Assembly: GCA_963677895.2 (NCBI GenBank)
Contig: CAXXGJ010000038.1
Coordinates: forward strand, 64,001-128,000
Direction: 5' to 3'
Length of the DNA stretch: 64,000 nt
Origin: Treponemataceae bacterium
GTDB lineage: Bacteria > Spirochaetota > Spirochaetia > Treponematales > Rectinemataceae
Below the pieces are notes generated by a model, which saw only the letters and a program-made list of their open reading frames with translations, was not told the origin of the DNA and searched no databases. The position numbers were made by a program, and so were the translations under genes. Position 1 is the stretch's first letter; every line of letters starts with the position of its first letter. Below are positions 11,618 to 22,332 of this stretch, one piece after another.

Positions 11618-12166
11618 ATGCTTGAAATTGAGCTGAAAGCCAGAATAAGCGATCGAACCCTTATCGAGAAGAGGCTTTCGACGTTCATGACGTATATGGG
11701 CGAAATTGACAAGAATGATGAATATTACGCGCTTCCCGTCGTGACTTCTTTCATCCCCGCGATAGGATTCCGCCTCAGGCTGCGCACCGAGCCGGGGCGG
11801 GAGACGGTCACCTTCAAGGAAAAAACCTACACCGAGAACATCGAAATCAACAAAGAAGTGGAATTCGGCATACTGGACGCGCAAGCCTTCCGTAAGTTCC
11901 TGGACAAGATGTCGGCTAAACTTCTCTACAAGAAGAGAAAGACCGGCACATCCTGGAAGGGCGAGGGGGGCATCATCGCCGAGCTGGTAACCGTCGATGG
12001 ACTGGGTGAGTTTCTTGAAGTCGAGACCTTGAATGAGGAAGGCGGCGATATTGACGTGGAGAGCATTAAGAAGAAGTTATTCGCGATAATCGAGCGCTGC
12101 GGCATTCCGCTTTCGAGCATTGAGGCGAAACCCTATTCGCAGCTGCTCGGAATGCCTAGATATTGA
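11618..12166 (+). CDS. CYTH-domain protein (class IV adenylate cyclase/CyaB-like)
   Basis: N-terminal EIELKA, LRLR, LGEFLEVE and a C-terminal Y..LL. Confidence 0.88.
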   Translation: MLEIELKARISDRTLIEKRLSTFMTYMGEIDKNDEYYALPVVTSFIPAIGFRLRLRTEPGRETVTFKEKTYTENIEINKEVEFGILDAQAFRKFLDKMSAKLLYKKRKTGTSWKGEGGIIAELVTVDGLGEFLEVETLNEEGGDIDVESIKKKLFAIIERCGIPLSSIEAKPYSQLLGMPRY

Positions 12167-12177
12167 AGTTGAGAAGA

Positions 12178-12251
12178 TGGGCGCTGAGGGGTTCGAACCC
12201 CCGACCTACTGGGTGTAAACCAGCCGCTCTGACCAGCTGAGCCAAGCGCCC
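12178..12251 (-). tRNA. tRNA-Val(TAC)
   Basis: Reverse complement GGGCGCTTGGCTCAGCTGGTCAGAGCGGCTGG-TTTACAC-CCAGTAGGTCGGGGGTTCGAACCCCTCAGCGCCCA; CCA not encoded. Confidence 0.96.
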
Positions 12252-12317
12252 GAAAGCCTCGTCCGCAAGGATGAAGCCTGCAGAAATTATCATATTTACA
12301 TACGAGGGTCAAGTCAG

Positions 12318-13304
12318 GTGAGTTCGCGATCAAAAGGCATAATGGCGATAGGTCATATTCTCGTGGATGGAATCGGGAAGGCGACCGACGCGTTTTCCGC
12401 GCGCTGGGGGAAGCTTTCTTCGCCCGCGCATGTGCCTCCCGCCCTCATGCAAGAGTTGTGCGATTTTATACGCGACAGCGGAAACGGAACCGGGGTTTCC
12501 TGGACTATGGGCGGCGGCGTCGCCATCATGGCCAAGGCGGCACAGGCTCTTGGAACGGAGACCGAAGTCTGGGCCAGCGTTGGCCGGGATGAGCATGGCC
12601 GTTTCCTCGCCAGGGAACTGGCGGAAACGGGGATAGGCGCGCATCTTCTGGCCTCGGAGGGTTCAACGGGCGTTTTCTGTTCCTTTTCGACCGAATCCGG
12701 CGACAAAAGAATCATCGTGAGCCCCGGGGCGGCGAGAGACATTCGGGGATTTGAAATTCCTGAAGCGGCTTTTCATCCCGGCTGGATATTCTATATCGAT
12801 GGCCTCCTCATCGACGATATGGTTTGGCTTTCGACACAGGCGAAGAGAGCCAGGAAAGCGGGGATGAAGGTCGCGATGGATATTTCCACGGCTTCCAACG
12901 CAAAGGTCCACGGGAAGGTGCTGAAGGAATTCGCGCAGGCCTGCTGCGATATCGTTTTCGCTAATGAAAGCGAGTTCGTCGCGCTGGGCGGCCTGGAGGC
13001 GATGGAGCCCGGCAGCGGAACGGAATGGATAGTGAAGAAGGCGGGGAAGGGCGCCTCTATGTTGCGCGGGGGAGTCTGGATCGATTCAACGGTTTCCCGC
13101 ATGGATCCGATCGACGACACGGGAGCGGGCGACGCTTTTTCCGCGGGCTTTCTTACAGCCTTGCTCCGGGATTACGATGCCGCCCAGTGTCTGCGACTCG
13201 GCAATGTCGCGGCGGCGGCGACGCTGCGCAGCAGAGGCTCGGGCTTCGACCCTGTCGCAATGAAACGAGACTATAACCTTGCCGAAACACTCCTGATTCT
13301 TTAA
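12318..13304 (+). CDS. PfkB-family carbohydrate/nucleoside kinase
   Basis: VGRDEHG, FANESE, DTGAGDAFSAGF. Start may instead be ATG 12342. Confidence 0.9.
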   Translation: MSSRSKGIMAIGHILVDGIGKATDAFSARWGKLSSPAHVPPALMQELCDFIRDSGNGTGVSWTMGGGVAIMAKAAQALGTETEVWASVGRDEHGRFLARELAETGIGAHLLASEGSTGVFCSFSTESGDKRIIVSPGAARDIRGFEIPEAAFHPGWIFYIDGLLIDDMVWLSTQAKRARKAGMKVAMDISTASNAKVHGKVLKEFAQACCDIVFANESEFVALGGLEAMEPGSGTEWIVKKAGKGASMLRGGVWIDSTVSRMDPIDDTGAGDAFSAGFLTALLRDYDAAQCLRLGNVAAAATLRSRGSGFDPVAMKRDYNLAETLLIL

Positions 13305-13376
13305 ATTGTAATAGATATATGAAAATCTCCGCTCAACAAGGCGGTGAACGTACCTACATCATGCCCAGGAGCTTTT

Positions 13377-15731
13377 ATGCCTGACAACGAAATAATCGCC
13401 ATCGACCAGATTTTACCGAACAAGCTGCCGGTCATCACCTTGATCGGCCGCCCGATTTTCCCGGGCATCTTTACGCCCATAATGATAGCCAACCCGCCGG
13501 ACATGCAGATAGTCGAACAGGCCCTGACGGGAGACGGAATGGTCGGCCTCGTCCTCGCGCGGGAAGAGGGGGACCAGCTTTCAGCCGATAATCTATTCCT
13601 GGTGGGGACGGTCGCCAAGATCGTGAAGCGCATCAACCTTCCCGACGGCGGCATCAACATATTCATCTCGACCCTGAAGCGCTTCAAGATAAAGAAATTC
13701 CTGTCGAAAGAGGTGCCCATAGTCGTAGCGGTCAGCTATCTGGACGACATCAACGACGACACCGACGAGATCAAGGCGCTCACCCGCGCCCTCCTCAGCG
13801 AGATGAAGCAGGTGTCGGAGAACAATCCGCTTTTCTCTGAGGAAATGCGCCTCAACATGATCAACATCGACCATCCCGGGAAAATCGCCGATTTCATCGC
13901 ATCGATTCTGAACATCGACAAAAAGGAACAGCAGAAGGTGCTGGAAACCCTGGATGTCCGCGAGAGGATGGAGAAAGTTCTCATCTATATCAAGAAAGAA
14001 CAGGAACTGCTCAGGATCCAGAAGAAAGTCCAGGCTGAAATCAACGAGAAGATCGAGAAAAGCCAGAGGGAATATTTCCTCAAAGAAGAGCTGAAGACCA
14101 TAAAGCAGGAGCTTGGGCTTCCGTCGGACGCGAAAAGCTCGGACTACCAGAAATTCAAGGCCAAGATCGATTCCTTCAAGTTCGAAGGGGAGGTCAAGGA
14201 GCAGGTGAAACAGGAGCTCGAAAAGTTCAACCTGATGGATCCTTCGGCGAGCGAATATATCGTGACGAGGAACTGGCTGGACCTAATCTGTTCTCTGCCC
14301 TGGACGACCGAACTTTCGAACGATTTCGATATGGTCAAAGCCCAGGAGACGCTCGAAGCCGATCATTACGGCCTTAAAGACGTAAAGGACCGGATCGTGG
14401 AATATCTCGCGGTGCGGAAGCTCAAGAAAGACTCCAAAGGTTCCATACTCTGTCTCGTCGGCCCCCCGGGCGTCGGCAAGACGAGCGTGGGCAGGTCCAT
14501 AGCCAGAGCCATGGGCAAACAATTCTTCCGTTTCAGCGTTGGGGGGATGAGAGATGAGGCCGAGATAAAGGGACACAGGCGCACCTATGTGGGCGCATTG
14601 CCCGGCAAGATCATCCAGGGCCTCAAAATCAGCAAATCGAAGGATCCGGTCTTCATGATAGACGAAATCGACAAGATGGGCGTGTCCTATCAGGGCGACC
14701 CCTCGAGCGCCCTGCTCGAAGCCCTCGATCCCGAGCAGAATTTCAGCTTCCGCGATCACTATCTCGACTTGCCCTTCGATATCTCCAACATTTTCTTCAT
14801 CACGACGGCGAATACCCTCGACACGATTCCACGGCCTCTCATCGACAGGATGGAAATCATCCAGATACCGGGCTATGTCGACAGCGAGAAGCTGGAGATA
14901 GCCAGGCATTACCTCGTGCCCAAAAGCCTCGAAAAAAACGGGCTCAAGAAAAGCGATGTCCGCTACACGAGGGATTCGCTGCTCTATATCGCCGAGGCTT
15001 ACGCTCGAGAATCCGGCGTCAGGAATTTCGAGAAAAGCCTGGACAAGATCCACAGGAAATTGGCGAAAGCCATCGTTCTGGATACGCCCGAGGACGGAAG
15101 ATCCAAGGTCGTCATCGACAGGACGGCGGTGCAGAAGTATCTGGGGCAGCCCATATTCCGCGATGACGACATCAAGAGGGCGACAAGGCCCGGTATGTCG
15201 GTCGGGCTCGCGTGGACGAGCATGGGGGGCGATACGCTCATCATCGAAGCCGTGGCGAATCCAGGCAAGGAAGGCTTCAAGCTCACCGGGCAGATGGGAT
15301 CCGTCATGCAGGAATCGGCCAGCATCGCCTATACCTATGTGCGGAGCGTCGCCGCCGAGATGTACGATATCGGAGCTGACTATTTCGAAGGCAAGCAGAT
15401 CCATCTCCACATTCCCGAAGGCGCCACACCCAAGGATGGACCATCGGCAGGCATCACGATGGCCACCGCTTTGCTTTCCCTCGTCATTAACAAGAAGATA
15501 AAGGACAGGCTGGCTATGACGGGCGAGCTGTCCCTGACCGGCCAGGTGCTGCCCATAGGCGGGCTCAAGGAAAAAACCGTGGCGGCCAGACGCAACAAGA
15601 TAAAAGATCTGATCATACCGGCTGCCAACCAAACCGATGTCGACGAGATCCCCGAGCATGTCAAGAAGGGAATACGCTTCCATCCGGTGCACAGGATGGA
15701 GGAAGTGATCGAAATAGCTTTCGGTTCATGA
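13377..15731 (+). CDS. lon: Lon ATP-dependent protease
   Basis: GPPGVGKTS, GHRRTYVGALPG, DEIDK, PKDGPSAG, IGGLKEK. Confidence 0.99.
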   Translation: MPDNEIIAIDQILPNKLPVITLIGRPIFPGIFTPIMIANPPDMQIVEQALTGDGMVGLVLAREEGDQLSADNLFLVGTVAKIVKRINLPDGGINIFISTLKRFKIKKFLSKEVPIVVAVSYLDDINDDTDEIKALTRALLSEMKQVSENNPLFSEEMRLNMINIDHPGKIADFIASILNIDKKEQQKVLETLDVRERMEKVLIYIKKEQELLRIQKKVQAEINEKIEKSQREYFLKEELKTIKQELGLPSDAKSSDYQKFKAKIDSFKFEGEVKEQVKQELEKFNLMDPSASEYIVTRNWLDLICSLPWTTELSNDFDMVKAQETLEADHYGLKDVKDRIVEYLAVRKLKKDSKGSILCLVGPPGVGKTSVGRSIARAMGKQFFRFSVGGMRDEAEIKGHRRTYVGALPGKIIQGLKISKSKDPVFMIDEIDKMGVSYQGDPSSALLEALDPEQNFSFRDHYLDLPFDISNIFFITTANTLDTIPRPLIDRMEIIQIPGYVDSEKLEIARHYLVPKSLEKNGLKKSDVRYTRDSLLYIAEAYARESGVRNFEKSLDKIHRKLAKAIVLDTPEDGRSKVVIDRTAVQKYLGQPIFRDDDIKRATRPGMSVGLAWTSMGGDTLIIEAVANPGKEGFKLTGQMGSVMQESASIAYTYVRSVAAEMYDIGADYFEGKQIHLHIPEGATPKDGPSAGITMATALLSLVINKKIKDRLAMTGELSLTGQVLPIGGLKEKTVAARRNKIKDLIIPAANQTDVDEIPEHVKKGIRFHPVHRMEEVIEIAFGS

Positions 15732-15747
15732 TAAAATCGCCGTCATC

Positions 15748-17847
15748 ATGACGACGATGCCAGTTTTTTGCGGCCGCGACTGCGGAGGCGACGCCTGTCC
15801 CCTTCTCGCCGAAGTCGAAGGGGGCAGGGTTTCGAGAATCCGTCACAACCCGGTCGCGGGGCCCTATGTACAGGGCTGCCCGAAAGGTTTTGCGCTTGCG
15901 CATTTTCATTATTCTCCCGAACGACTGAAGACGCCCCTGCTCAGGGTAGGCCCGCGCGGTTCCGGGCAATTCCGGAAGATTGCCTGGGATGATGCGCTGG
16001 ATAGGATCAGGGATGGCCTGGCGGCCTGCAGGGAACGCCACGGCCCGCATTCCGTGCTCAGCCTCTCCAGCGCAGGTTCCACGGGAGCTCTTCACAATAC
16101 CGAAAAATTTACGCGCCGTTTTTTCAACGCGATTGGCGGTTGTACCGTCCTGGATGGCAGCTATTCGAGCAATGCGGCCAGCTTCGCGTTGAGGAAAATG
16201 TTCGGACAGGATTACGGCCGTTCGGGATTCGACGCGGCGACCATGGACAAGAGCGCGATGATCATCCTCTGGGGCGCCAATATTCTCGAGGCGAGGCTCG
16301 GGGCGGAAATGGGAACGCGACTCATGGAAGCGGCAAGGCGGGGAGTGCCCATCCTGTCGATCGATCCGCGCAGGACGAGGACGACGGAAGCGGTCCATGC
16401 CGAATGGATTCCAGTAAGGCCCGGCACCGACGCGGCCTTCATGTACGCCATCCTCCACGCGCTTTTGAAGCAGAACGTTTTGGATATGGATTATATCGAA
16501 GCGAGAGCTGCGGGCTTCAATGACATTCTTGACTATGTGACCGGCGCCATAGACGGCGTCGAGAAGAGTCCCGCCTGGGCCGCCAGCCTATGCGGCGTGA
16601 ATGCCGATACCATTGTGGATCTGGCGCGACGATGGGCGGCGACAAAGCCGACAATGCTTATGCCCGGGTACTCGATTCAGCGAACCGAGGCCGGCGAAGA
16701 AGTAGCCCGGCTCTGCGTCGCCCTCCAGCTCGCCACGGGAAATTTTGCCCTTCCTGGAGGATCTTCGGGTTCTCTCAACAATAGGATGCCGGGAGTCCGC
16801 GTAGGGACAATGGATGAAGGCGAAGGCAGCGCCAACCGGCACGTGCCCGTGCTGCGCTGGGCGGACTCCATTCTAGAAGGTCAGCCCGCGTATGCCTCGA
16901 ACATCCACGCCATATATTCGGCCGGCGGCAATTTCCTCAACCAGGGCGCCGATATCGCCAAGAATATCAAGGCCTTCGAATCCCTGGACTTCGCCGTCTG
17001 CCACGAGCTCTTCATGACGCCCACGGCCGCATACTGCGACATCGTTTTGCCCGCGGCATCCCCCCTGCAAAAAGAGGACATCGGGATTCCTTGGGCGGGG
17101 AATTATGTTCTCTACAAACCTCAAATCCTTCCCTATGAGGCTGAGGAAAGGTCCGATTTCGAGATATTCAGGGGATTGGCTTCACGGTTTGGCGTGGAGC
17201 GGGCATTTACCAGTGGGCGAAGCGCCGAGGAGTGGATAGATTTTTTCCTGGAGTCATCGGAAATCCCCGACCTCGAGGCATTCAAGCGGGATGGCATATA
17301 TTTCGGCGCGGACCAGGACAGAACCGGCCTGGCGACCTTCGCCTCGGACCCGGCGGGGCATGCCTTGGGCACAGCCTCGGGCAAGATCGAGTTCCGCTCC
17401 GGCAAGCGCTGGACCTGCTGGCAGGACGCTAGTTCGCGGGATGCTGAGGCGCCGCCATCCTCCTGGCTTCTCGTCACGCCCAAGATAGCCGAGCGAGTCC
17501 ATTCGCAGGGCGCCGATTATACCGAGAAAATCCTGCGCAACACGCTTCTGATGAACGAATCCGACGCCCAGGACCTGGGATTGGCTGAAGGCGATATGGC
17601 GAGGATCAGCTCTGAAACAGGAGAGACCGTGGCCGCCGTGGCGATTTCCAGGATGATAATGCGGGGCGTCGCGTCGCTTCCCGAGGGAACCTGGTGCATC
17701 GACCCGCTGGGAGAGAATGAGCCGCGCGGTTCCGCCAACCACCTCACCTCGACAAAAGGCACTGAAGAAAGCACTTCCTGCGTGATGCACGGCATTAGGG
17801 TGAATATCCGGAAAGTCTCTGACCCTGTCGGGCGGGAGACGGGCTGA
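15748..17847 (+). CDS. stand-alone molybdopterin oxidoreductase, DMSO-reductase family
   Basis: N-terminal 4Fe-4S motif CGRDCGGDAC...CPKG; RLKTPL, WGAN, PVRPGTDAA, CDIVLP, RVHSQ. No twin-arginine signal. Confidence 0.92.
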   Translation: MTTMPVFCGRDCGGDACPLLAEVEGGRVSRIRHNPVAGPYVQGCPKGFALAHFHYSPERLKTPLLRVGPRGSGQFRKIAWDDALDRIRDGLAACRERHGPHSVLSLSSAGSTGALHNTEKFTRRFFNAIGGCTVLDGSYSSNAASFALRKMFGQDYGRSGFDAATMDKSAMIILWGANILEARLGAEMGTRLMEAARRGVPILSIDPRRTRTTEAVHAEWIPVRPGTDAAFMYAILHALLKQNVLDMDYIEARAAGFNDILDYVTGAIDGVEKSPAWAASLCGVNADTIVDLARRWAATKPTMLMPGYSIQRTEAGEEVARLCVALQLATGNFALPGGSSGSLNNRMPGVRVGTMDEGEGSANRHVPVLRWADSILEGQPAYASNIHAIYSAGGNFLNQGADIAKNIKAFESLDFAVCHELFMTPTAAYCDIVLPAASPLQKEDIGIPWAGNYVLYKPQILPYEAEERSDFEIFRGLASRFGVERAFTSGRSAEEWIDFFLESSEIPDLEAFKRDGIYFGADQDRTGLATFASDPAGHALGTASGKIEFRSGKRWTCWQDASSRDAEAPPSSWLLVTPKIAERVHSQGADYTEKILRNTLLMNESDAQDLGLAEGDMARISSETGETVAAVAISRMIMRGVASLPEGTWCIDPLGENEPRGSANHLTSTKGTEESTSCVMHGIRVNIRKVSDPVGRETG

Positions 17848-17877
17848 TTTCGCCTAGTATATGGTCAACTCGCTCGG

Positions 17878-19473
17878 TTAGGTGGAAAGTAGTTCTTTCG
17901 GCGTCCATTTGCCATTGGAAAGTTCAAGCCCGTAGGTATTCCTGAGCAAGGACGCAAGACCCGCGTGCAGTGTGGTCGCCGTGGCTCTCACGTCTTCGGG
18001 CAGAGCGGGATCGTCAGCGCCGACGCCGCTCGTCAGCAGCGTATCGATGAGCAGTTTGGCGGCGATGAATCGTTCGCGTTTTTCGACGGCGAAGGCGATG
18101 AACGACGGCAGGATTCCCGTCACCTCCCAGGTGACTTGTTCAGCCTGCGAATATTTGCCGGCATCCTTGTCCTGGTCGCTGAAGCGTACGGGAAGCCTTC
18201 TGGCGATCTCCTCAATCCTCGGAACGAGATAATCGAGATCGAATATTCCCGAGGCGCAATTGAAAAGTATCGGAAAACCTTTGCGTTCGAGATCGAGCAT
18301 CGTCTCAAAACTAATGGCCGCGCCTATGTCAGCCACGGTGCGGCCGCCTTCTTCGGTTTCGACGAGTATCCCGCCCTTGACGTCCAGGGGCGTGCGGACG
18401 GCGAAATCGAAGGCGGCCGGACGGCCCGAAAGGGCCATGATCGCCAGCTCCAGGGGATCCGGGGTAAAACCGAGATTGTCGACGTTGCCCAGGCAGGCAT
18501 AGCGGATTCCCCTCTCGTGGAGTTCGGTGAAAATGGAGCGAAGGACGCGGAAACACTGCCCGTGGCCGCCGGGAAGGGCGAGGCAGGAATTTCTTGCTCC
18601 ATATGTCTTGTCGAAAATTTCCTTGGGCCTTCCCTCCGATGAATGGCTGAAGGCGGCGATCATCGGCTGTATGCCGGTCAGCCATGCCGCGGGATCCAAG
18701 CCGGTTTTCCGCGCGAGCGATCGAAGGAAGAGGGACGAACGCGTTTTTTCGTAAAAATCGGCGAGCGTCTTGTCGTTGGACATGCTCGTCATCTGGAAAA
18801 GCGGGAGAAATTCCATGCTTTGAACGTCAGATTCTTTAGGGAGGACCTTGCCAGTTTTGGCAGGCTGAAGACCAGCCGCGAGGAGGAGCCTGGCGCGCAT
18901 CTTCAGTTCGAGAAAACTAGCCCCGGGGCTGCCGTCGGGATTTATATAGGCGGGGGTCACTCCCTTGGGCATATCCCTGCATAGGGGAGCCATGGCGGCG
19001 AAAACCGGGGCCACAGCGTTGAAGGTTTCCTGGCCCAGGGCAAGGTTCTTCTTGCGGTCGGCATAGCTGGTCGCCGAACCGCCGTTGAGAACGCCATAGG
19101 CCGTAAAGGGAAGTATGGCTTTCCCTATCGAGCGAAGATCGGGGCCGTTGAAGTCAATTCGGTCGGCCGAATTGACACCGACAACGGCGCGGCCGCGTTT
19201 CCCGAAAAGCGAGCCGGATAAATCCAGACCAAAAGCCGCGAGATTTTCTTGAGCTTGCGCGGCATCGCAGGAAAAGACCGGCTTGTTCGCGCGCGTCGCG
19301 CCTCTCAGATCGACGACCGATACCCCATCCATCGAAGGCACGCTTTTTGCCCGCACGGGTTTGACCTTGTCATAGAATCCCTCGTTGTAGTTTTTGAGGA
19401 TCTCCAGGGAGAGCGGTACATCTATCCCCTTGGCTTCCATGTCCTTGCGCAGTTCAGCGGAGACATCTAGCAT
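17878..19473 (-). CDS. UTP--glucose-1-phosphate uridylyltransferase, eukaryote-like UDPGP family
   Basis: LNGGSATSY, PGGHG, GNVDNLG, DVKGG and RFIAAK motifs of the UGP/USP/UAP family; not GalU-like. Confidence 0.82.
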   Translation of the reverse strand: MLDVSAELRKDMEAKGIDVPLSLEILKNYNEGFYDKVKPVRAKSVPSMDGVSVVDLRGATRANKPVFSCDAAQAQENLAAFGLDLSGSLFGKRGRAVVGVNSADRIDFNGPDLRSIGKAILPFTAYGVLNGGSATSYADRKKNLALGQETFNAVAPVFAAMAPLCRDMPKGVTPAYINPDGSPGASFLELKMRARLLLAAGLQPAKTGKVLPKESDVQSMEFLPLFQMTSMSNDKTLADFYEKTRSSLFLRSLARKTGLDPAAWLTGIQPMIAAFSHSSEGRPKEIFDKTYGARNSCLALPGGHGQCFRVLRSIFTELHERGIRYACLGNVDNLGFTPDPLELAIMALSGRPAAFDFAVRTPLDVKGGILVETEEGGRTVADIGAAISFETMLDLERKGFPILFNCASGIFDLDYLVPRIEEIARRLPVRFSDQDKDAGKYSQAEQVTWEVTGILPSFIAFAVEKRERFIAAKLLIDTLLTSGVGADDPALPEDVRATATTLHAGLASLLRNTYGLELSNGKWTPKELLST

Positions 19474-19478
19474 CGGTT

Positions 19479-20561
19479 TTATCTCCCAAGTTGAACGGCC
19501 GCATTCGCGGCGCCGATGAGCGATATCGAGTAGTTCTTGACTATCACCACCGGGGTTTCAGAGAGCATCTCCCTAATGTGGGGAGCGTAGTTGCGTTCGA
19601 AAATCCGCATGAACCTATGGTTTTCCAGGAGGAAGCCTTCGTTTTTCGACGAGATGCCTCCAGCCAGATAAATCCCTCCCGAAGGAAGGAAAGAGGCGGC
19701 AAGACTCGAAACCTTTCGCGCGTAGAATTCGCAGAAAAGCTCCATGGCCAGTGAACAGCGCGGGTCCTTTTCCCTGTTCGACGCGATGAAGGCCGGACGT
19801 TCATGTTCGGGTTTCGCGAGTATGGAGAGCGCGAAAGGGGCGGGGACCGCGTCCATCGGGCAATTGGCGGAACGAGGATCGAAAGCCTCTGAACAAAGGA
19901 AGGAGAAGATGTTGTCGATGCCCTGCCCGGACACGGCCAGCTCGATACCGGGGTCAAACCCGATTTTAGCCTTGACCCAGCGGGAAAAGGCGAGACTCAG
20001 CTCGTCCCAGCAAGGCAAGGACGAATGCCCCCCCTCGGAAGGATAGACTACGCAGCTTCCGTCGGAGCGCTTGTCGACGAATCCCACGCCCAGGCCTGTG
20101 CCCGCTCCGACCACGAGGGCGACTCCGGTTCCAGGCAGAGGCTCGGAACCGTCGGTATGCGGTATCGGCGTAATCTCCTTTCGGTTTGCGGCGTCGAGGA
20201 GAACGACGGCGTAGGATATCGCCGTAAAATCATTGATAAGGTGAACGGAGAAGCCAAAACGCCCGCTGATTTCGGAAGCGTGAATTGCCCAGGGGGCATT
20301 GGTAAGCTGTATCGCGCCATCTTTCACTGGCCCAGCCGCCGATATGCAGCAGACTTTGACCTGGCCGCCTAGTCCTTCGCTTCGGGCTAGATCGAGAAAG
20401 CGGGCCATGGGATCGATCAGGGAAGTTTCGGCTTGCGTCGAATATCGGCGTGAAAGAACGATGGTGAAACTGCCTTGCGCATGGCGTACGAGCGCGAGAT
20501 TGGTATTAGTGCCGCCGATGTCCGCGGCGAGGATGAGGTCGTCTATCGTGTTTTCGCTCAT
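19479..20561 (-). CDS. glk: glucokinase
   Basis: ADIGGTN, AAGPV, LTN, INDF, GAGTGLG, SEGGH, YLAGGI. Confidence 0.95.
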   Translation of the reverse strand: MSENTIDDLILAADIGGTNTNLALVRHAQGSFTIVLSRRYSTQAETSLIDPMARFLDLARSEGLGGQVKVCCISAAGPVKDGAIQLTNAPWAIHASEISGRFGFSVHLINDFTAISYAVVLLDAANRKEITPIPHTDGSEPLPGTGVALVVGAGTGLGVGFVDKRSDGSCVVYPSEGGHSSLPCWDELSLAFSRWVKAKIGFDPGIELAVSGQGIDNIFSFLCSEAFDPRSANCPMDAVPAPFALSILAKPEHERPAFIASNREKDPRCSLAMELFCEFYARKVSSLAASFLPSGGIYLAGGISSKNEGFLLENHRFMRIFERNYAPHIREMLSETPVVIVKNYSISLIGAANAAVQLGR

Positions 20562-20585
20562 TGAAGCATTCTAACGAAAGAAAAT

Positions 20586-21608
20586 TCAGAAGACAATGTC
20601 CGCGATTTCGTAGTTGCGAAGGAAGCGGGAACTGGCGACATCGTAAATCTCCAGATGAAGGTGCTCCCCGTGCCCTTTTTTCCTGGCATTAGTGCCCGTG
20701 TTTCCCCCATGGCCCAGGGGATATCCCGCGGGAATGACTTCGCCCGGCTTTACGAGTACGTCGAAGAGGTGAAAAAAGAGATAATACTTGTTTTTTTTAG
20801 GGGAATACAGGATGACGCCGTTGCCGGCTTTTGGGGTGATCCCCCCGGAGCGATACGTGGTCAGATCTTCGCCCCCGCGCCAGGACGAATCGGTCGCGAC
20901 GACGATAGAGTCGGTGAACGAAAAGATGACGGGGCCCTTTTGAAGCGTGCTGAAGGGCAGCAAATCCACATCCTTCAAGAAAATATCCAAGGCGAAGGTG
21001 TGGGAGTAATCATAATCCCTTTCCCTGGGTTTGGAGGACAGGCCGGGAAGGGTAACGCCGCCCTCATAGAGTCCGGCATCGGCATAGAGCTGTATAGGGA
21101 GCTTGGCTTTGCCTTTTTCCTCCATGGTTTCGTAAATGCCCTCGAAAAGCCTTCCATAATTGCCGCGAAGCGGCTGGAAGGCGGGAACCAGATCGACGAC
21201 GGTCTGGTAGTAGGCGCCTGCCGGGCCTTTATCCGCCGCGTTTTCCAGGTAATCGTCCACATCTCTGTCTCTCGCGAGCATGGCCAATGATTCGGAGGCG
21301 CTCGGAAAGATCGAAGACAGGTAATCCGAAGGATTTCTTTTCTTTTTTAGCGCCCTCGCGGTCAAGATGGAGCCCATCTCCTTCACCTGCCCGGGTTCCA
21401 TGGAACCGATTTTCGGGGAAGAAAGCATCGATAGTATTTCCGCATCTTTCAATGAATTTGAGGAAACGGCATCGTTATTCTGGGAGGATGTAGTATCGGC
21501 GAGGCTCGAGGCTGAGGGTTTCATCAATAGGACGCATCCCAGAGCGAGGCAGGGAATCAGGATAAGAATCATGAGACGGAAGGAACGTTGGTCCTTGGGT
21601 GAATTCAT
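20586..21608 (-). CDS. M23-family metallopeptidase, membrane-anchored/exported
   Basis: HTFALD (HxxxD), GNGV, VKPGEVI, GNTG, HLHLEI. Confidence 0.85.
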   Translation of the reverse strand: MNSPKDQRSFRLMILILIPCLALGCVLLMKPSASSLADTTSSQNNDAVSSNSLKDAEILSMLSSPKIGSMEPGQVKEMGSILTARALKKKRNPSDYLSSIFPSASESLAMLARDRDVDDYLENAADKGPAGAYYQTVVDLVPAFQPLRGNYGRLFEGIYETMEEKGKAKLPIQLYADAGLYEGGVTLPGLSSKPRERDYDYSHTFALDIFLKDVDLLPFSTLQKGPVIFSFTDSIVVATDSSWRGGEDLTTYRSGGITPKAGNGVILYSPKKNKYYLFFHLFDVLVKPGEVIPAGYPLGHGGNTGTNARKKGHGEHLHLEIYDVASSRFLRNYEIADIVF

Positions 21609-21621
21609 CGCGATAAGGTCC

Positions 21622-22332
21622 TTAAGCGCATGTTCCCGCGAGTTTGCGCGCGCTATGGGTGAAAAGTTTCATGCAGGTTTTGGCGTCGTCGAGAGCCCTG
21701 TGGGACGTCCCCGTTTCTACGCCGAGGATGAATGCCGCTTTGCCTAGGCTATAGGAAATCAAATTCGGAACCGCCTGCCTCAGCAGGACAAGACTGTCGG
21801 CCATTTCGCGGATAGGCGCATTCTTTCCGAGGCGCGAAAATTCCTCTGAAATGAATCCCGCGTCGAAGGGCGCGTTGTGGGCAACCATGACACGCCCTTC
21901 CAAAAAGCCGTTCAGTGTATCGGAAAGATCCTTGAAGAAAGGCGAAGCCCATACATCCAAGTCGGTTATGCCATGTATGGCCGTCGACGACGCGGGAATG
22001 GCGATGCCCGGATTTATCAGACTGTCCCAGGTTTTTTCTTCGACGAGGGCACCCTCGGCATCGAAGGAGAAAAGAACTATACCGATTTCTATGACTCGGT
22101 CGCGGAACGCGTCGAGGCCGGTCGTCTCGACATCGAGCGCGGCATAGCTTCGCTTGTCCCAGTCGCAAGGAAGAGGACAATAGTCGGGAGCGCCCTCGGG
22201 GGGAGGCAGGCGTTGGGAATCATCAGGCAGTATCCATCCCCTGGGCGCAGGCCTCTGATCCTGCTGCGATGAAGGATGGACGTACCGGGACCACAGGGGA
22301 GCTCCTCCGGGAAAATCTGAATTCAACGCCAT
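21622..22332 (-). CDS. DEDDh 3'-5' exonuclease (Pol III epsilon-like)
   Basis: LDVETTG, AHNAPFD, HRALDDA; TGATG overlap with the pgm stop. Confidence 0.92.
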   Translation of the reverse strand: MALNSDFPGGAPLWSRYVHPSSQQDQRPAPRGWILPDDSQRLPPPEGAPDYCPLPCDWDKRSYAALDVETTGLDAFRDRVIEIGIVLFSFDAEGALVEEKTWDSLINPGIAIPASSTAIHGITDLDVWASPFFKDLSDTLNGFLEGRVMVAHNAPFDAGFISEEFSRLGKNAPIREMADSLVLLRQAVPNLISYSLGKAAFILGVETGTSHRALDDAKTCMKLFTHSARKLAGTCA

